From NCBI GenBank assembly GCA_900754085.1, contig CAAEBO010000046.1, positions 42,513 through 106,512 of the forward strand: a stretch of 64,000 bases of DNA, read 5' to 3'. Below, one piece after another: positions 10,125 to 22,341 of the stretch (positions are counted from its first letter, which is position 1; each line of letters opens with the position of its first letter). The position numbers were made by a program, and so were the translations under genes. This DNA comes from Clostridia bacterium (GTDB taxonomy: Bacteria; Bacillota; Clostridia; TANB77; CAG-508). The notes under the pieces are model-generated. The model did not search any database. It was not told the origin of the DNA and saw nothing but the letters and a program-made list of their open reading frames with translations.

Positions 10125-11231
10125 ATGGCAGTTTTAGTTATAGAAAAGCAAGATTTAAAACATAATATAAAACAAATAAAAGAATATGCAAAGAAGAATG
10201 ATGAAAAATTAAAAATAATAGCAATAGTTAAATCAAATGGATATGGTTTAGGTTTAAAAGAATATGCTAGTTTCTTGATAGATAACGGAATAGAATATTT
10301 AGCTGTGGCAAGTACAGAAGAAGCAATAAAATTACGCGAATATGGAATAAAAGAAGATGTTCTGATGATGTCTTCTACAGCTATAGAAAACGAACTAGAA
10401 GAAATGGTGAAAAATAATATTACTATAACAATTGGCTCAAAAGATGCAAAAGAAGCTTTAATAAATGTTATTAAAAAGTTGAATAAGAAACCAAAAGTGC
10501 ATATAAAAGTAGACACAGGCTTCGGAAGATATGGATACTTATACCAAAATGAAGAGCAAATAATAAAAGATATAAAAGATTTACAAAAATATGCAGTAAT
10601 AGAAGGAATATTTTCTCATTTTTCAACTTCGTTTTATAAAGAAAAGTGGACAAACTATCAATATGAGAACTTTGTTAACCTTATAAAAAAATTAGAAGAA
10701 AATGAAATTAACATTCCAATAAAACATATATCAAATTCTTCTGCATTTATAAGATTTCCAAATATGAATTTAAATGCAGTAAGAATAGGTTCAGCTTTTT
10801 TAGGTAGAATAGCAGTAGCGAATAAGTTAGGACTAAAAAAGATAGGATATTTGGAGAGTGAAATTTCCGAGATAAAAACATTACCAAAAGGCTGGAATAT
10901 AGGATATTCTAATACTTTTAAAACCAAGAAAGAAACTAAAGTTGCTATAATACCAACTGGATATGCTGAAGGATATCATATGAGACTTGAAAATGATATG
11001 CTATCTACAAAAAATAAATTAAGAGATGTAGTACAGGCTATAAAAAGATTATTTAAGGACACAAAATTATATGTGGAAATAAATAATAAAAAATATGCTA
11101 TTTTGGGAAGAATTGGAATGTATCATCTTACTGTTGACATAACAGGTGAAAATTTTAAAATTGGTGATAAAGTAAAAATGAATGCAAATCCTTTATATGT
11201 AGATTCTTCAGTTAGGAGGTTATATAAATAA
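10125..11231 (+). CDS. Alanine racemase family (PLP-dependent), Alr/VanT-like
   Basis: The AIVKSNGYGLG motif corresponds to the Alr PLP-lysine motif VVKANAYGHG. The length fits Alr. Confidence 0.75.
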   Translation: MAVLVIEKQDLKHNIKQIKEYAKKNDEKLKIIAIVKSNGYGLGLKEYASFLIDNGIEYLAVASTEEAIKLREYGIKEDVLMMSSTAIENELEEMVKNNITITIGSKDAKEALINVIKKLNKKPKVHIKVDTGFGRYGYLYQNEEQIIKDIKDLQKYAVIEGIFSHFSTSFYKEKWTNYQYENFVNLIKKLEENEINIPIKHISNSSAFIRFPNMNLNAVRIGSAFLGRIAVANKLGLKKIGYLESEISEIKTLPKGWNIGYSNTFKTKKETKVAIIPTGYAEGYHMRLENDMLSTKNKLRDVVQAIKRLFKDTKLYVEINNKKYAILGRIGMYHLTVDITGENFKIGDKVKMNANPLYVDSSVRRLYK

Positions 11232-12268
11232 TGGAAAAAACTAAAAAGCAAGTTTTTTTTAAAAGCGTAAAAAATAGTATCTTTAATTTTGATTCATATC
11301 AAGAATTTGCAATGCAAGATATGAAGAAGGGAATATTTTATTTTTTAAAATTATCTATATTATTTTCTATAGTAATATCAATAGTTTTTGCAATATTACA
11401 AGTTACAGTAACTGTTCCAAATGTGAAGAAATTTATAGAAAGTGAAATACCAGATTTTAAGTATTCTAATGGAACATTAGAAGTACAAAGTGAAAATCCA
11501 GTTACAATAGACAAAATTGCAGATGATGTATTAATAATTGCAGATACAAAAGAATTAGAAGAAGCAAAAATAAATGAATATAAAGAAAAAATAAATTTAT
11601 ATGAAATTGGAGTATTAGTACTAAAAGATAAAATATATTTAAAAAATGCTTATACATTATCAGGAATTCAAGAAATGAAATTAAGTGATATAGAAAGTAT
11701 ATATGGAAAAAGTGAATTTACAAAACAGGATATATTAAATGATATGAATAATATAAATATGGTATCTTTATGTATTAGTCTAGCATTTACTGTATTTTTA
11801 GGATTCTTCTTAATTTTTGTATTTATGAGTATATTAGATATTATTATACTTGCACTATTAAGTAATATAATTGCAATGCTTTCACGAGTGAAAATGAAAG
11901 CATCAGCTTTAGTAAATATTTCTATACATGCTATGACACTTCCAATTGTTCTTTTACTTGTATATGCTATAGTTTTATTAACAACAGGATTCGAAATAAA
12001 ATACTTTAATATTATGTATAGGGGAATTTCTTATATATATGTGTTTACAGCAATATTCTTAATACGCCAAAATTTAATAAAGCAACAAATAGAATTAACT
12101 ACAATTGTTCAAAAACAACAAGAATTAAAAAAGGAAGTAGAAGAAGAAAAAGAAGAGAAACCAAAAGAAAAGAAGGAAGATAAGAAATCAAATGATAAAA
12201 AAGAAAAAGAGGAACATAAAGAAAACGAAAATAGTAATGTAGGCAAAGAAGCAAATGGAGAAGTATAA
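11231..12268 (+). CDS. Polytopic membrane protein (DUF1189-like) with a K/E-rich C-terminal tail
   Basis: Several TM segments, then a charged low-complexity tail. It is translationally abutted to the racemase gene. Confidence 0.5.
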   Translation: MEKTKKQVFFKSVKNSIFNFDSYQEFAMQDMKKGIFYFLKLSILFSIVISIVFAILQVTVTVPNVKKFIESEIPDFKYSNGTLEVQSENPVTIDKIADDVLIIADTKELEEAKINEYKEKINLYEIGVLVLKDKIYLKNAYTLSGIQEMKLSDIESIYGKSEFTKQDILNDMNNINMVSLCISLAFTVFLGFFLIFVFMSILDIIILALLSNIIAMLSRVKMKASALVNISIHAMTLPIVLLLVYAIVLLTTGFEIKYFNIMYRGISYIYVFTAIFLIRQNLIKQQIELTTIVQKQQELKKEVEEEKEEKPKEKKEDKKSNDKKEKEEHKENENSNVGKEANGEV

Positions 12269-12285
12269 ATAAGGAGGATATCATT

Positions 12286-14100
12286 TTGATGGAAAATTCG
12301 AATAATAACAAAGAAAAAAATAATGGGTCAAAAAAATTTTGGATTTCTTCTATAATATTATTAGTGATTATTAGTATTTTAGCATTAATATCATATGTTT
12401 TATATAATAATCTTAATAAAGAAAAAGAAAACTTAATATTACCATATACAGAATTAATTCAAAAAATAAATGATAATACAGTAGAAAAAATAGAAATGAC
12501 AGTAGGAAGTACAACTGTTAAAGTAAAATTAAAAGACGAAGAAGAAGAGAAAACAACAATTGTCCCAAGTTTACAAGCATTTTCAGAATATATACAAACA
12601 AAGACTGAACAAGGAAACGAAATGGAAGTACTTCAGAAAGAACCAAATGTATTTTTTAAAATAGGTGATACAATTTTTACAGTATTACCGACACTTTTAA
12701 TGGTATCTTTAATAATCATGTTATTTAAGATGCAAGGCTTAGGCGATAAAGGAAAGATATATGATAGTGAAGAAAAAGATACTAATATAAGATTTGAAGA
12801 TGTAGCTGGACTAGATGAAGAAAAAGAAGAAATGGTTGAGATTGTTGATTTCTTAAAGAAACCAGAAGAATTTTATGAGATGGGAGCAAAAGTACCAAAA
12901 GGAGTATTACTTTGTGGAAAACCTGGAACCGGTAAAACTTTGATAGCAAAAGCCATTGCAGGAGAAGCCAATGTTCCATTTATATCTATGAGTGGATCAG
13001 AATTTATAGAGATGTTTGCAGGGCTTGGAGCTTCAAGAGTTAGAAAATTGTTTGAAAAAGCAAGAAAGATGGCACCATGTATAGTATTTATTGACGAAAT
13101 AGATGCAATAGGTGCAAGGAGAACTAGTTCAAGTGGGGCAGAATCTGAAAATAACCAAACATTAAACCAACTATTAGTTGAAATGGACGGATTCGACACA
13201 AGTGAAACAATTATAGTGTTAGCTGCAACCAATAGACCAGAAATGCTTGATAAAGCATTGTTAAGACCAGGAAGATTTGATAGACAAATAATAATAAATT
13301 CTCCAGATCAAAAAGGAAGAGAAGAAATTTTAAAAATACACAGTAAAGATAAGAAAATAGACGATAATATAGACTTTAAAGATATTGCTGAGGACACAGC
13401 AGGATTTACTGGAGCAGAACTTGCAAATATTTTAAACGAGGCTGCAATTATTGCAACAACAAGAAAACATAATTCTATAAATAAAGATGATATAGAAGAG
13501 GCAATAAAGAAAGTAACAGTAGGACTTGAAAAACATAGTAGAGTAATATCAGAAAAAGATAAAAAATTAACAGCATATCATGAAGCTGGACATGCTGTTG
13601 TAAGTAGATATTTAGAAACACAAAATGACATAAAAGAAGTATCTATTATTCCAAGAGGTGTAGCAGGTGGCTATACAATGTATAAAACTAATGAAGATAA
13701 GTACTATATTTCAAAAACAGAAATGGAAGAAAAACTAATTGCTTTATTAGGAGGAAGAGCAGCAGAAAAATTAGTACTAGATGATATATCAACAGGAGCA
13801 AGTAATGACTTAGAAGTTGCAACAAATATTGCACGAGATATGATAACAGTTTATGGAATGAGTGATACAATTGGTCCAATATCATTAAAAGATTCAGAAA
13901 ATGCAAATCAAATGATTATTTATGGAGAAAAAATGCAAGATGCAATAGGCGCAGAAATAAAAATACTAATAGATACAGCCTACAGAAATGCTCAACAAAT
14001 ATTAATACAACATAGAGATAAATTAGATGCAGTTGCACAGGTATTATTAGAAAGAGAAAAAATAACAGAAAAAGAATTTTATGAAATATTTAATGACTAA
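12286..14100 (+). CDS. ftsH: ATP-dependent zinc metalloprotease FtsH
   Basis: N-terminal TM, AAA Walker A GKPGTGKT, SRH region, HEAGH zinc motif. Confidence 0.95.
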   Translation: MMENSNNNKEKNNGSKKFWISSIILLVIISILALISYVLYNNLNKEKENLILPYTELIQKINDNTVEKIEMTVGSTTVKVKLKDEEEEKTTIVPSLQAFSEYIQTKTEQGNEMEVLQKEPNVFFKIGDTIFTVLPTLLMVSLIIMLFKMQGLGDKGKIYDSEEKDTNIRFEDVAGLDEEKEEMVEIVDFLKKPEEFYEMGAKVPKGVLLCGKPGTGKTLIAKAIAGEANVPFISMSGSEFIEMFAGLGASRVRKLFEKARKMAPCIVFIDEIDAIGARRTSSSGAESENNQTLNQLLVEMDGFDTSETIIVLAATNRPEMLDKALLRPGRFDRQIIINSPDQKGREEILKIHSKDKKIDDNIDFKDIAEDTAGFTGAELANILNEAAIIATTRKHNSINKDDIEEAIKKVTVGLEKHSRVISEKDKKLTAYHEAGHAVVSRYLETQNDIKEVSIIPRGVAGGYTMYKTNEDKYYISKTEMEEKLIALLGGRAAEKLVLDDISTGASNDLEVATNIARDMITVYGMSDTIGPISLKDSENANQMIIYGEKMQDAIGAEIKILIDTAYRNAQQILIQHRDKLDAVAQVLLEREKITEKEFYEIFND

Positions 14101-14110
14101 TAACAAAAAA

Positions 14111-14137
14111 ATATAGCCCTTGTGGCTATATTTTTTT
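14111..14137. terminator. Bidirectional rho-independent terminator for the convergent ftsH and rluA-like genes
   Basis: tatagcc/ggctata stem flanked by an A-run and a T-run. Confidence 0.6.
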
Positions 14138-14998
14138 AAAACTAGGTAATTCATCTAATATAATTTCTTTATTATTTAAATAATCTAAAATTCCAGAATA
14201 AGAATTGAAATTAAATTTTAAGTAATAGCTATATAGTAATTGAGTCTTTTGATTAAATTTTTTATTGATTAAATTATTACCATATTTACCATCACCAATT
14301 ATTGGATGACCTATATAAGCTAAATGAGCACGTATTTGGTGAGTTCTACCAGTTTTTAGATTGATATCTAAAACAGAGCTATTTTCTTCTTTATCATATG
14401 ATAGAACATTATAAGATGTGATAATTTTTTTGTAACCAGGTTTACATTTGTCTGAAATATATACTATTGATTTTTTTGTATCTTTAAATAAATAATGTAT
14501 TAATGTATCATTTTTTTTAGGAAGCATTCCATAAACTTTAGCAATATAATGTTTTTCTATTTCGTGATTTTTAAATTTTTCAGTTAATATAGTATTAACA
14601 GTATCATTTTTAGAAAATAAGACTAATCCTAATGTATTTCTATCTAATCTATGACATGGCATAAAATTAGAATTATAAGTTTTATGCACATAAGTTGTTA
14701 AAGATTCAGTACCAGTAACTTCTAATCCTTTAGGTTTATTAAAGACAATAATGTTACTATCTTCGTAGACTATTGGAATATTATAATTAGGATAAAGTAA
14801 GCTATCTATAATATATAATTTGATAATATCATTTTCGTGTATAATACAATCTTTAGATATACGTTTATCATTTATTAAAATATCCTTCTTTTTTAACGCT
14901 TTAGAAAAAGTACTAAATTTTAAAGCAGAATATGTTTCCATTAATAATTTACTTAATTTTTTATTATCGTATTTTTTACTAACAATTAAATCTTTCAT
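14126..14998 (-). CDS. RluA-family pseudouridine synthase with an N-terminal S4 domain
   Basis: Catalytic HRLDxxTxGL motif, with an S4-like N-terminus. Confidence 0.85.
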   Translation of the reverse strand: MKDLIVSKKYDNKKLSKLLMETYSALKFSTFSKALKKKDILINDKRISKDCIIHENDIIKLYIIDSLLYPNYNIPIVYEDSNIIVFNKPKGLEVTGTESLTTYVHKTYNSNFMPCHRLDRNTLGLVLFSKNDTVNTILTEKFKNHEIEKHYIAKVYGMLPKKNDTLIHYLFKDTKKSIVYISDKCKPGYKKIITSYNVLSYDKEENSSVLDINLKTGRTHQIRAHLAYIGHPIIGDGKYGNNLINKKFNQKTQLLYSYYLKFNFNSYSGILDYLNNKEIILDELPSFKKI

Positions 14999-15039
14999 AA
15001 TAATAGTATTATAATATTTTTTAAAAATAATTTCAACTC

Positions 15040-15077
15040 AAAAAACCGGAGTAGCAATGCTAACTCCAGTTTTTTGT
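15040..15077 (-). terminator. Putative terminator hairpin downstream of the 122-aa gene
   Basis: ccggagt...actccag stem with one mismatch, an A-run before it and a T-run after it. Confidence 0.4.
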
Positions 15078-15085
15078 TTACATTA

Positions 15086-15454
15086 TTATACACGAGCTCG
15101 AGAGATATTTAAAAATTTGTCTTCCCGCTTCTTTTTCTTACCAGAATGTTTACGCCTTAATTCAGACGACATATATTCTAAAGGATGCAATGAATCAACT
15201 ACTTGCAAATAAAGTGTATTTTTTATGAGTTTACTTTTTACAATACATCCTAAAGAAAGCTGTATCTTTTTTGAAGGGTTTGGAATTTTAACGATGTAAC
15301 CATAAGGAGCATTTAAATCTGTTCCTTTTTTAAAATTACACCATTTGTCATCTAAAGTGACTGGTCTTACTTCGAAATCATCCCGTGTATAAACTTTAAC
15401 TTTTTTTGGTGCATTTGACGATTTCAATTTTGAGTTTTTAGAACTTCGTTTCAT
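15086..15454 (-). CDS. Hypothetical basic protein (122 aa)
   Basis: Clean ORF with K-rich termini. No family was recognised. Confidence 0.5.
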   Translation of the reverse strand: MKRSSKNSKLKSSNAPKKVKVYTRDDFEVRPVTLDDKWCNFKKGTDLNAPYGYIVKIPNPSKKIQLSLGCIVKSKLIKNTLYLQVVDSLHPLEYMSSELRRKHSGKKKKREDKFLNISRARV

Positions 15455-15594
15455 AGCACATACCTCCTATAGTTGATAGATATTAAAATAACATATATAA
15501 TTGCTAAAGTAAATATGAAATAGTAAATTTATAAAAAAGTGTGACATATGTTTGCCAAACCTACAAAAGGCTATGATAAAGAAAAAAGAATTAC

Positions 15595-15624
15595 TTGACA
15601 AAAGTTAACAAAGTATGTTAAAAT
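15595..15624 (+). promoter_or_regulatory. Promoter of the rplU-rpmA operon
   Basis: TTGACA, a 17-nt spacer, then TTAAAAT. Confidence 0.45.
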
Positions 15625-15630
15625 TACTAA

Positions 15631-15728
15631 TTGTAAGCCGCCTAGGTCGGGTAACTAAATGTTAGTTATGCTAACTACCTTGTATTTATGCTTAGCGAGT
15701 ATACGAAAATAGGGAGGTGCATTTTATA
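15631..15728 (+). ncRNA. Ribosomal protein L21 leader-like structured 5' UTR
   Basis: A structured leader of about 100 nt with nested hairpins (ggtaactaa/ttagttat, tagtta-tgc-taacta) immediately upstream of rplU, as in the Firmicute L21 leader. Confidence 0.45.
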
Positions 15729-16073
15729 ATGTACGCAATAATTGAAAGTTGTGGAAAACAATACAAAGTAGCAGAAGGAGATGTAGTATTCTTCGAAAAA
15801 TTAGATGTAGAAGAAGGTAAAAAAGTTACATTTGATAAAGTAATTTTAGTATCTAATGAAGGAAAAATCGAAGTAGGAGCTCCTAATGTTAAAGGTGTAA
15901 AAGTTGAAGGAAAAGTAGTTTCTCATGGTAAAGGAAAGAAAATCCGTGTATACAAATACAAAGCTAAAAAGAACTACAGAAGAACACAAGGTCATAGACA
16001 ACCATATACAAAGGTTGAAATTACATCAATAAAAACAGCTACTACAAAAGCAAAAGCTAAAGTAGAAGCTTAA
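15729..16073 (+). CDS. rplU: 50S ribosomal protein L21 with a K/A-rich C-terminal extension
   Basis: [14 protein letters not shown]... GGGAGGTG SD. The listed start 15717 lacks an SD. Confidence 0.95.
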   Translation: MYAIIESCGKQYKVAEGDVVFFEKLDVEEGKKVTFDKVILVSNEGKIEVGAPNVKGVKVEGKVVSHGKGKKIRVYKYKAKKNYRRTQGHRQPYTKVEITSIKTATTKAKAKVEA

Positions 16074-16114
16074 GAGATAAAGAGATAAATTATTCACGAA
16101 AGGAGTGAAACTTA

Positions 16115-16384
16115 ATGGCACATAAAAAAGGTCAAGGAAGTGTTAAGAACGGAAGAGATAGTGAGTCAAAACGTTTAGGTGTCAAAAGAGCAGATGGACA
16201 ATTCGTTTTAGCTGGAAACATCCTTATTAGACAAAGAGGAACAAAATATCATCCAGGTAAAAATGTAGGAATTGGTAGTGACGATACATTATATGCATTA
16301 GTAAATGGAACTGTAAAATTTGAAAAATTCGGAAAAGATAAAAAACAAGTAAGTGTTTATGAAGAAACAGTATCAAATGCATAA
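16115..16384 (+). CDS. rpmA: 50S ribosomal protein L27 with no N-terminal propeptide
   Basis: [22 protein letters not shown]... Confidence 0.95.
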   Translation: MAHKKGQGSVKNGRDSESKRLGVKRADGQFVLAGNILIRQRGTKYHPGKNVGIGSDDTLYALVNGTVKFEKFGKDKKQVSVYEETVSNA

Positions 16385-16388
16385 TAAA

Positions 16389-16418
16389 AAAAGGCAAGTA
16401 ATAAACTTGCCTTTTTTG
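16389..16418 (+). terminator. Rho-independent terminator after rpmA
   Basis: aaggcaagt-aataaa-cttgcctt stem-loop followed by a T-run. Confidence 0.7.
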
Positions 16419-16544
16419 TCGTTTTAAAGTAGATAATGTTAGACAAAAAGATTTATTCTAATAAGCATTTATTTATATGATATTGTAAAAGATATTAAAA
16501 TATAGTATAATATAGCAGAATTGACAATGATTGGAGATGGCAAT

Positions 16545-18844
<2,300 letters not shown>

Positions 18845-18927
18845 AATATTGACGAATATATAAAGTTAGATTAATATTACAACGTAACTGGTAACATAAG
18901 TTTTAATTATCTGAGGAGAAAAGAACA

Positions 18928-19065
18928 ATGAAAGTTTTACGGAAAGGAAAATGTGTAAACAAAAAGAAAAACAAAGTAAATCCATGTTTTATAAGAAGAA
19001 TTGTGATAAGTGTTGTGCAAATTGCTCACATAGCACATCTAGAGGAACGTGGCTACAGTGTATGA
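18928..19065 (+). CDS. Possible 45-aa basic peptide
   Basis: A GAGGAG SD precedes the ATG. Short ORF in a low-coding-density region. Confidence 0.2.
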   Translation: MKVLRKGKCVNKKKNKVNPCFIRRIVISVVQIAHIAHLEERGYSV

Positions 19066-19468
19066 TTGACATTAAAGAAGTAAGTCCTAATGGCTATTGC
19101 AGTCAGTATAATTAAAGCGAAAGGAATGGGTGCAGATCAAGTAGATTTGTGCCCATAAAATTTATAAAGAAACAAAGAATTCAAATTATTAAAAGGACAA
19201 TTAATCAAATTTTATTAGAAATATCGGATGTAGAATATAATATAGATTTAAGCAAATTAAAAAGAAGGATTAGACATAGATGATTTCTATATGAAAAAAG
19301 CGAAAGGAGAACGAGAATAAAAGTGGAAGAAGGAATTTTAAATTTAAATGAAAATATAATATTTGTGTACAAAATGGTTTACTAAGGAAATATATAAATG
19401 AAAATGAAAAAATTCAAATTATTAAAATAAAGGAAAATGGAAATATAATAAAATTTTAAAAAAAACCA

Positions 19469-20074
19469 GTGCTATTTACTTTTGAAATAGATAATGATAC
19501 AAACGTAAAGAAAATAATAAAAAATTTTCAAAAAATAGTAAAAAAGATACATAAAAGAAAGTTTGAATTAGGTATAAAAAAAGAAGATAAAAACATAATA
19601 GGTGAAGTAATCATAAAAGGAGACAACGAGAAAAATAAGGAGATAATAAAGTGCATAAAAGCAATACTTATCAACGAAAAAGAAAAAAGAATAGAATATA
19701 TTTATGACCAAGTGTGCAGAGATTTAGATGAAGAATTTGAAAAAAATAATTATTGCGATTTTAAAGATGATATTTGTAAAGCAAAAAGGAATTGTAAGGA
19801 AAAAACTACAATGGGATGTTGCCATAAATTTAAAAATAGAATTTTAATGAGTGGAGGATTACAAGAATGTCCATATTTAATAAATAAGCGTTGTGCAACA
19901 CAATGTATTACATGTAAATTGTTTACATGTGACGCAATTAATGTTAAGTTTAAACTAAGAGATATACCATTAATACAATATTTTTTTAATCCTATTCAAA
20001 AGCTAATAGTAAAAATAAGTTTTTTTACCAAGAAAGAGGAAATTATTAAGAAATTAGTATTTTTTAGTTTTTAA
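19469..20074 (+). CDS. Hypothetical Cys-rich protein (12 Cys in about 70 aa, including CATQCITC). May be a gene remnant.
   Basis: GTG start with no SD. A K-rich N-terminus, then a Cys cluster. Confidence 0.3.
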   Translation: MLFTFEIDNDTNVKKIIKNFQKIVKKIHKRKFELGIKKEDKNIIGEVIIKGDNEKNKEIIKCIKAILINEKEKRIEYIYDQVCRDLDEEFEKNNYCDFKDDICKAKRNCKEKTTMGCCHKFKNRILMSGGLQECPYLINKRCATQCITCKLFTCDAINVKFKLRDIPLIQYFFNPIQKLIVKISFFTKKEEIIKKLVFFSF

Positions 20075-20110
20075 TAAAAAATTAATTTGCCCCATTTTGA
20101 TTTTATAGCA

Positions 20111-20139
20111 TTGACAAACAAGAACAAATGTTTTATAAT
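20111..20139 (+). promoter_or_regulatory. dinB promoter with an embedded Cheo/LexA-like operator
   Basis: TTGACA, a 17-nt spacer, then TATAAT. The spacer contains aGAACaaatGTTT at 20122-20133. Confidence 0.45.
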
Positions 20140-20155
20140 AATGATGGTGAAAAAA

Positions 20156-21361
20156 ATGAAAAGAGAGATCTTACATGTTGATGTAAATAATGCGTTTTTA
20201 TCTTGGCTTGCAGTAGATAGATTGGAAAAAGGAGAAAAATTAGATATAAGAACAATTCCCGCTGTAATAGGTGGAGATGAAAAGCAAAGACATGGAATTG
20301 TTTTAGCTAAAAGCAATTTGGCTAAGCAATTTGGAATAAAAACAGGAGAGCCACTATTTAGTGCAAGAAAAAAATGTCCTACATTAAAAATTTATGAAAG
20401 CAATTTTAAAGTATATAAAAAATATTCGAATATGTTATATAAGTTGTTACTAGAATATTCATATAAAGTTGAAAGATTTTCAATAGATGAATGTTTTGTA
20501 GATATGACTGAATTTTTAAATGGTAAGAAATTAATAGACGTAGCATGCGAGATTAGTAAAAGAGTAAGAGAAGAATTAAAATTTACTGTAAATATAGGAG
20601 TTGCACATAATAAACTATTAGCAAAAATGGCGTCAGACTTTCAAAAGCCAGATAGAGTGCATACTTTATATGAACAGGAAATTCAAAGAAAAATGTGGAG
20701 TTTACCAATATCAGAATTATTTATGGTTGGAAAGAGAACATTGCCAAAATTGTACAATATGAATATAAAAACAATAGGAGATTTAGCATTAGTAGAGAAG
20801 GAACTACTAATAAAAAAATTTGGTAAGTTTGGTAAGATGATGTGGGAATATTCAAATGGAATAGATAATTCAGAAGTTATATTTACTATGCAAAAGCCCA
20901 AATGTGTAGGAAATTCTACCACAGTTTCACAAGATATAAACGATTTAGAAAAAATAGAAGAAGTTTTGCTAGCTCTTACAGAGCATACAACTTACAGATT
21001 AAGAAAAATGAAAATGCTTTGTAATGTAGTTAGTGTGCAACTTAGAACAAGCGAATTTAAGAATTATTCACATCAAAGAAAGTTAGACTTTTCAACTAGT
21101 TCAACAAAAGAAATATTTAATGTTGCAAAACAATTAACTAAGCAAATGTATAATGGAGAATCAGTTAGATTAATTGGAATTAGAGTAGATAATTTATGTG
21201 AAGAAAACGAGAAACAAATTTCAATATTCGAAAACAATAATATTAAAAAACAAGAAAAACTAGACAAAGTAGTAGACTTAATAAAAGATAAATATGGATA
21301 TGAAACAATAACAAGAGCAGGTGATATGAAACATACTAAAAACATAAATAGAAAGGAATAA
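20156..21361 (+). CDS. dinB: Y-family DNA polymerase IV
   Basis: N-terminal (K)ILHVDVNNAF. C-terminal little-finger domain. The start was chosen downstream of the mapped -10. Confidence 0.85.
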   Translation: MKREILHVDVNNAFLSWLAVDRLEKGEKLDIRTIPAVIGGDEKQRHGIVLAKSNLAKQFGIKTGEPLFSARKKCPTLKIYESNFKVYKKYSNMLYKLLLEYSYKVERFSIDECFVDMTEFLNGKKLIDVACEISKRVREELKFTVNIGVAHNKLLAKMASDFQKPDRVHTLYEQEIQRKMWSLPISELFMVGKRTLPKLYNMNIKTIGDLALVEKELLIKKFGKFGKMMWEYSNGIDNSEVIFTMQKPKCVGNSTTVSQDINDLEKIEEVLLALTEHTTYRLRKMKMLCNVVSVQLRTSEFKNYSHQRKLDFSTSSTKEIFNVAKQLTKQMYNGESVRLIGIRVDNLCEENEKQISIFENNNIKKQEKLDKVVDLIKDKYGYETITRAGDMKHTKNINRKE

Positions 21362-21414
21362 TTATTGCAAAAAGCGAATATTTAGTATAAAATCTATAAA
21401 AACGGAGGATGAAG

Positions 21415-22263
21415 ATGACAGAGATAATAGATGGAAAAGGATTGGCAAAAAAAATAAGAGAGAATCTAAAGAAAGATGTAGAAGGATTAAAAAAAGAAGG
21501 AATTATTCCTAAATTTGCAGTTATTCTAATAGGAGATGATCCAGCTTCTAAAATATATGTACGTAATAAAAATAAAGCATGTATAGAAATTGGAATAGAA
21601 TATGAAGAGCATGTACTAAAAGAAGATACTACAATGGAAGAATTGTTAAAATTAATAAATAAATTAAATAAAGATAAAAGTATTAATGGAATATTATTAC
21701 AAAGTCCATTACCACAACATTTAGATATAAATGAAGCATTAAAGCAAATTGATTATAGAAAGGACGTAGATGGTTTTAATCCAATAAATGTAGGGAAACT
21801 ATCTTTAGGTCAAGATTGTTTTGTATCTTGTACACCATATGGAATAATAAAAATGTTAGAAGAATATAAAATACCAATAGAAGGGAAAAAAGCAGTAATT
21901 ATAGGGAGAAGTAATATTGTTGGAAAGCCATTAATACAATGTCTTCTATCTAAGAATGCGACAGTTACTGTATGCCATTCTAAAACACAAGATATAGAGG
22001 ACATTATAAAGGATTCAGATATAGTTATTACTGCAATGGGCAAGCCAAAGTTTTTAAAGGAAAATATGGTAAAACAAGGGGCTACTGTTATTGATGTAGG
22101 AATAAATAGAATGGAAAATGGTAAAATAGTAGGAGATGTAGATTTTGAGGAAGTATCTAAAAAAACATCTTATATAACACCAGTACCGGGGGGAGTAGGT
22201 CCTATGACAATAGCAATGCTTATGAACAATATTGTAAAAGCAACAAAAGAGCAAAATAAATAA
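21415..22263 (+). CDS. folD: Bifunctional methylenetetrahydrofolate dehydrogenase/cyclohydrolase
   Basis: Full-length FolD similarity (YVRNKxKA..., a GRSxIVGKP nucleotide loop). Confidence 0.95.
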   Translation: MTEIIDGKGLAKKIRENLKKDVEGLKKEGIIPKFAVILIGDDPASKIYVRNKNKACIEIGIEYEEHVLKEDTTMEELLKLINKLNKDKSINGILLQSPLPQHLDINEALKQIDYRKDVDGFNPINVGKLSLGQDCFVSCTPYGIIKMLEEYKIPIEGKKAVIIGRSNIVGKPLIQCLLSKNATVTVCHSKTQDIEDIIKDSDIVITAMGKPKFLKENMVKQGATVIDVGINRMENGKIVGDVDFEEVSKKTSYITPVPGGVGPMTIAMLMNNIVKATKEQNK

Positions 22264-22341
22264 ATTTAGATTAATAAGGGGGGAAGTTTATTACTTCTCC
22301 TTATTATTTTATAAAAAATAATAATGTTATTAGGAGGATAT

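Noticed and set aside
19060-19140. Two mini-ORFs (17 and 24 aa) and a TTGACA/TATAAT-like pair
   Set aside because: They are too short, lack SDs, and the promoter spacing is poor. They are treated only as part of the low-coding island.
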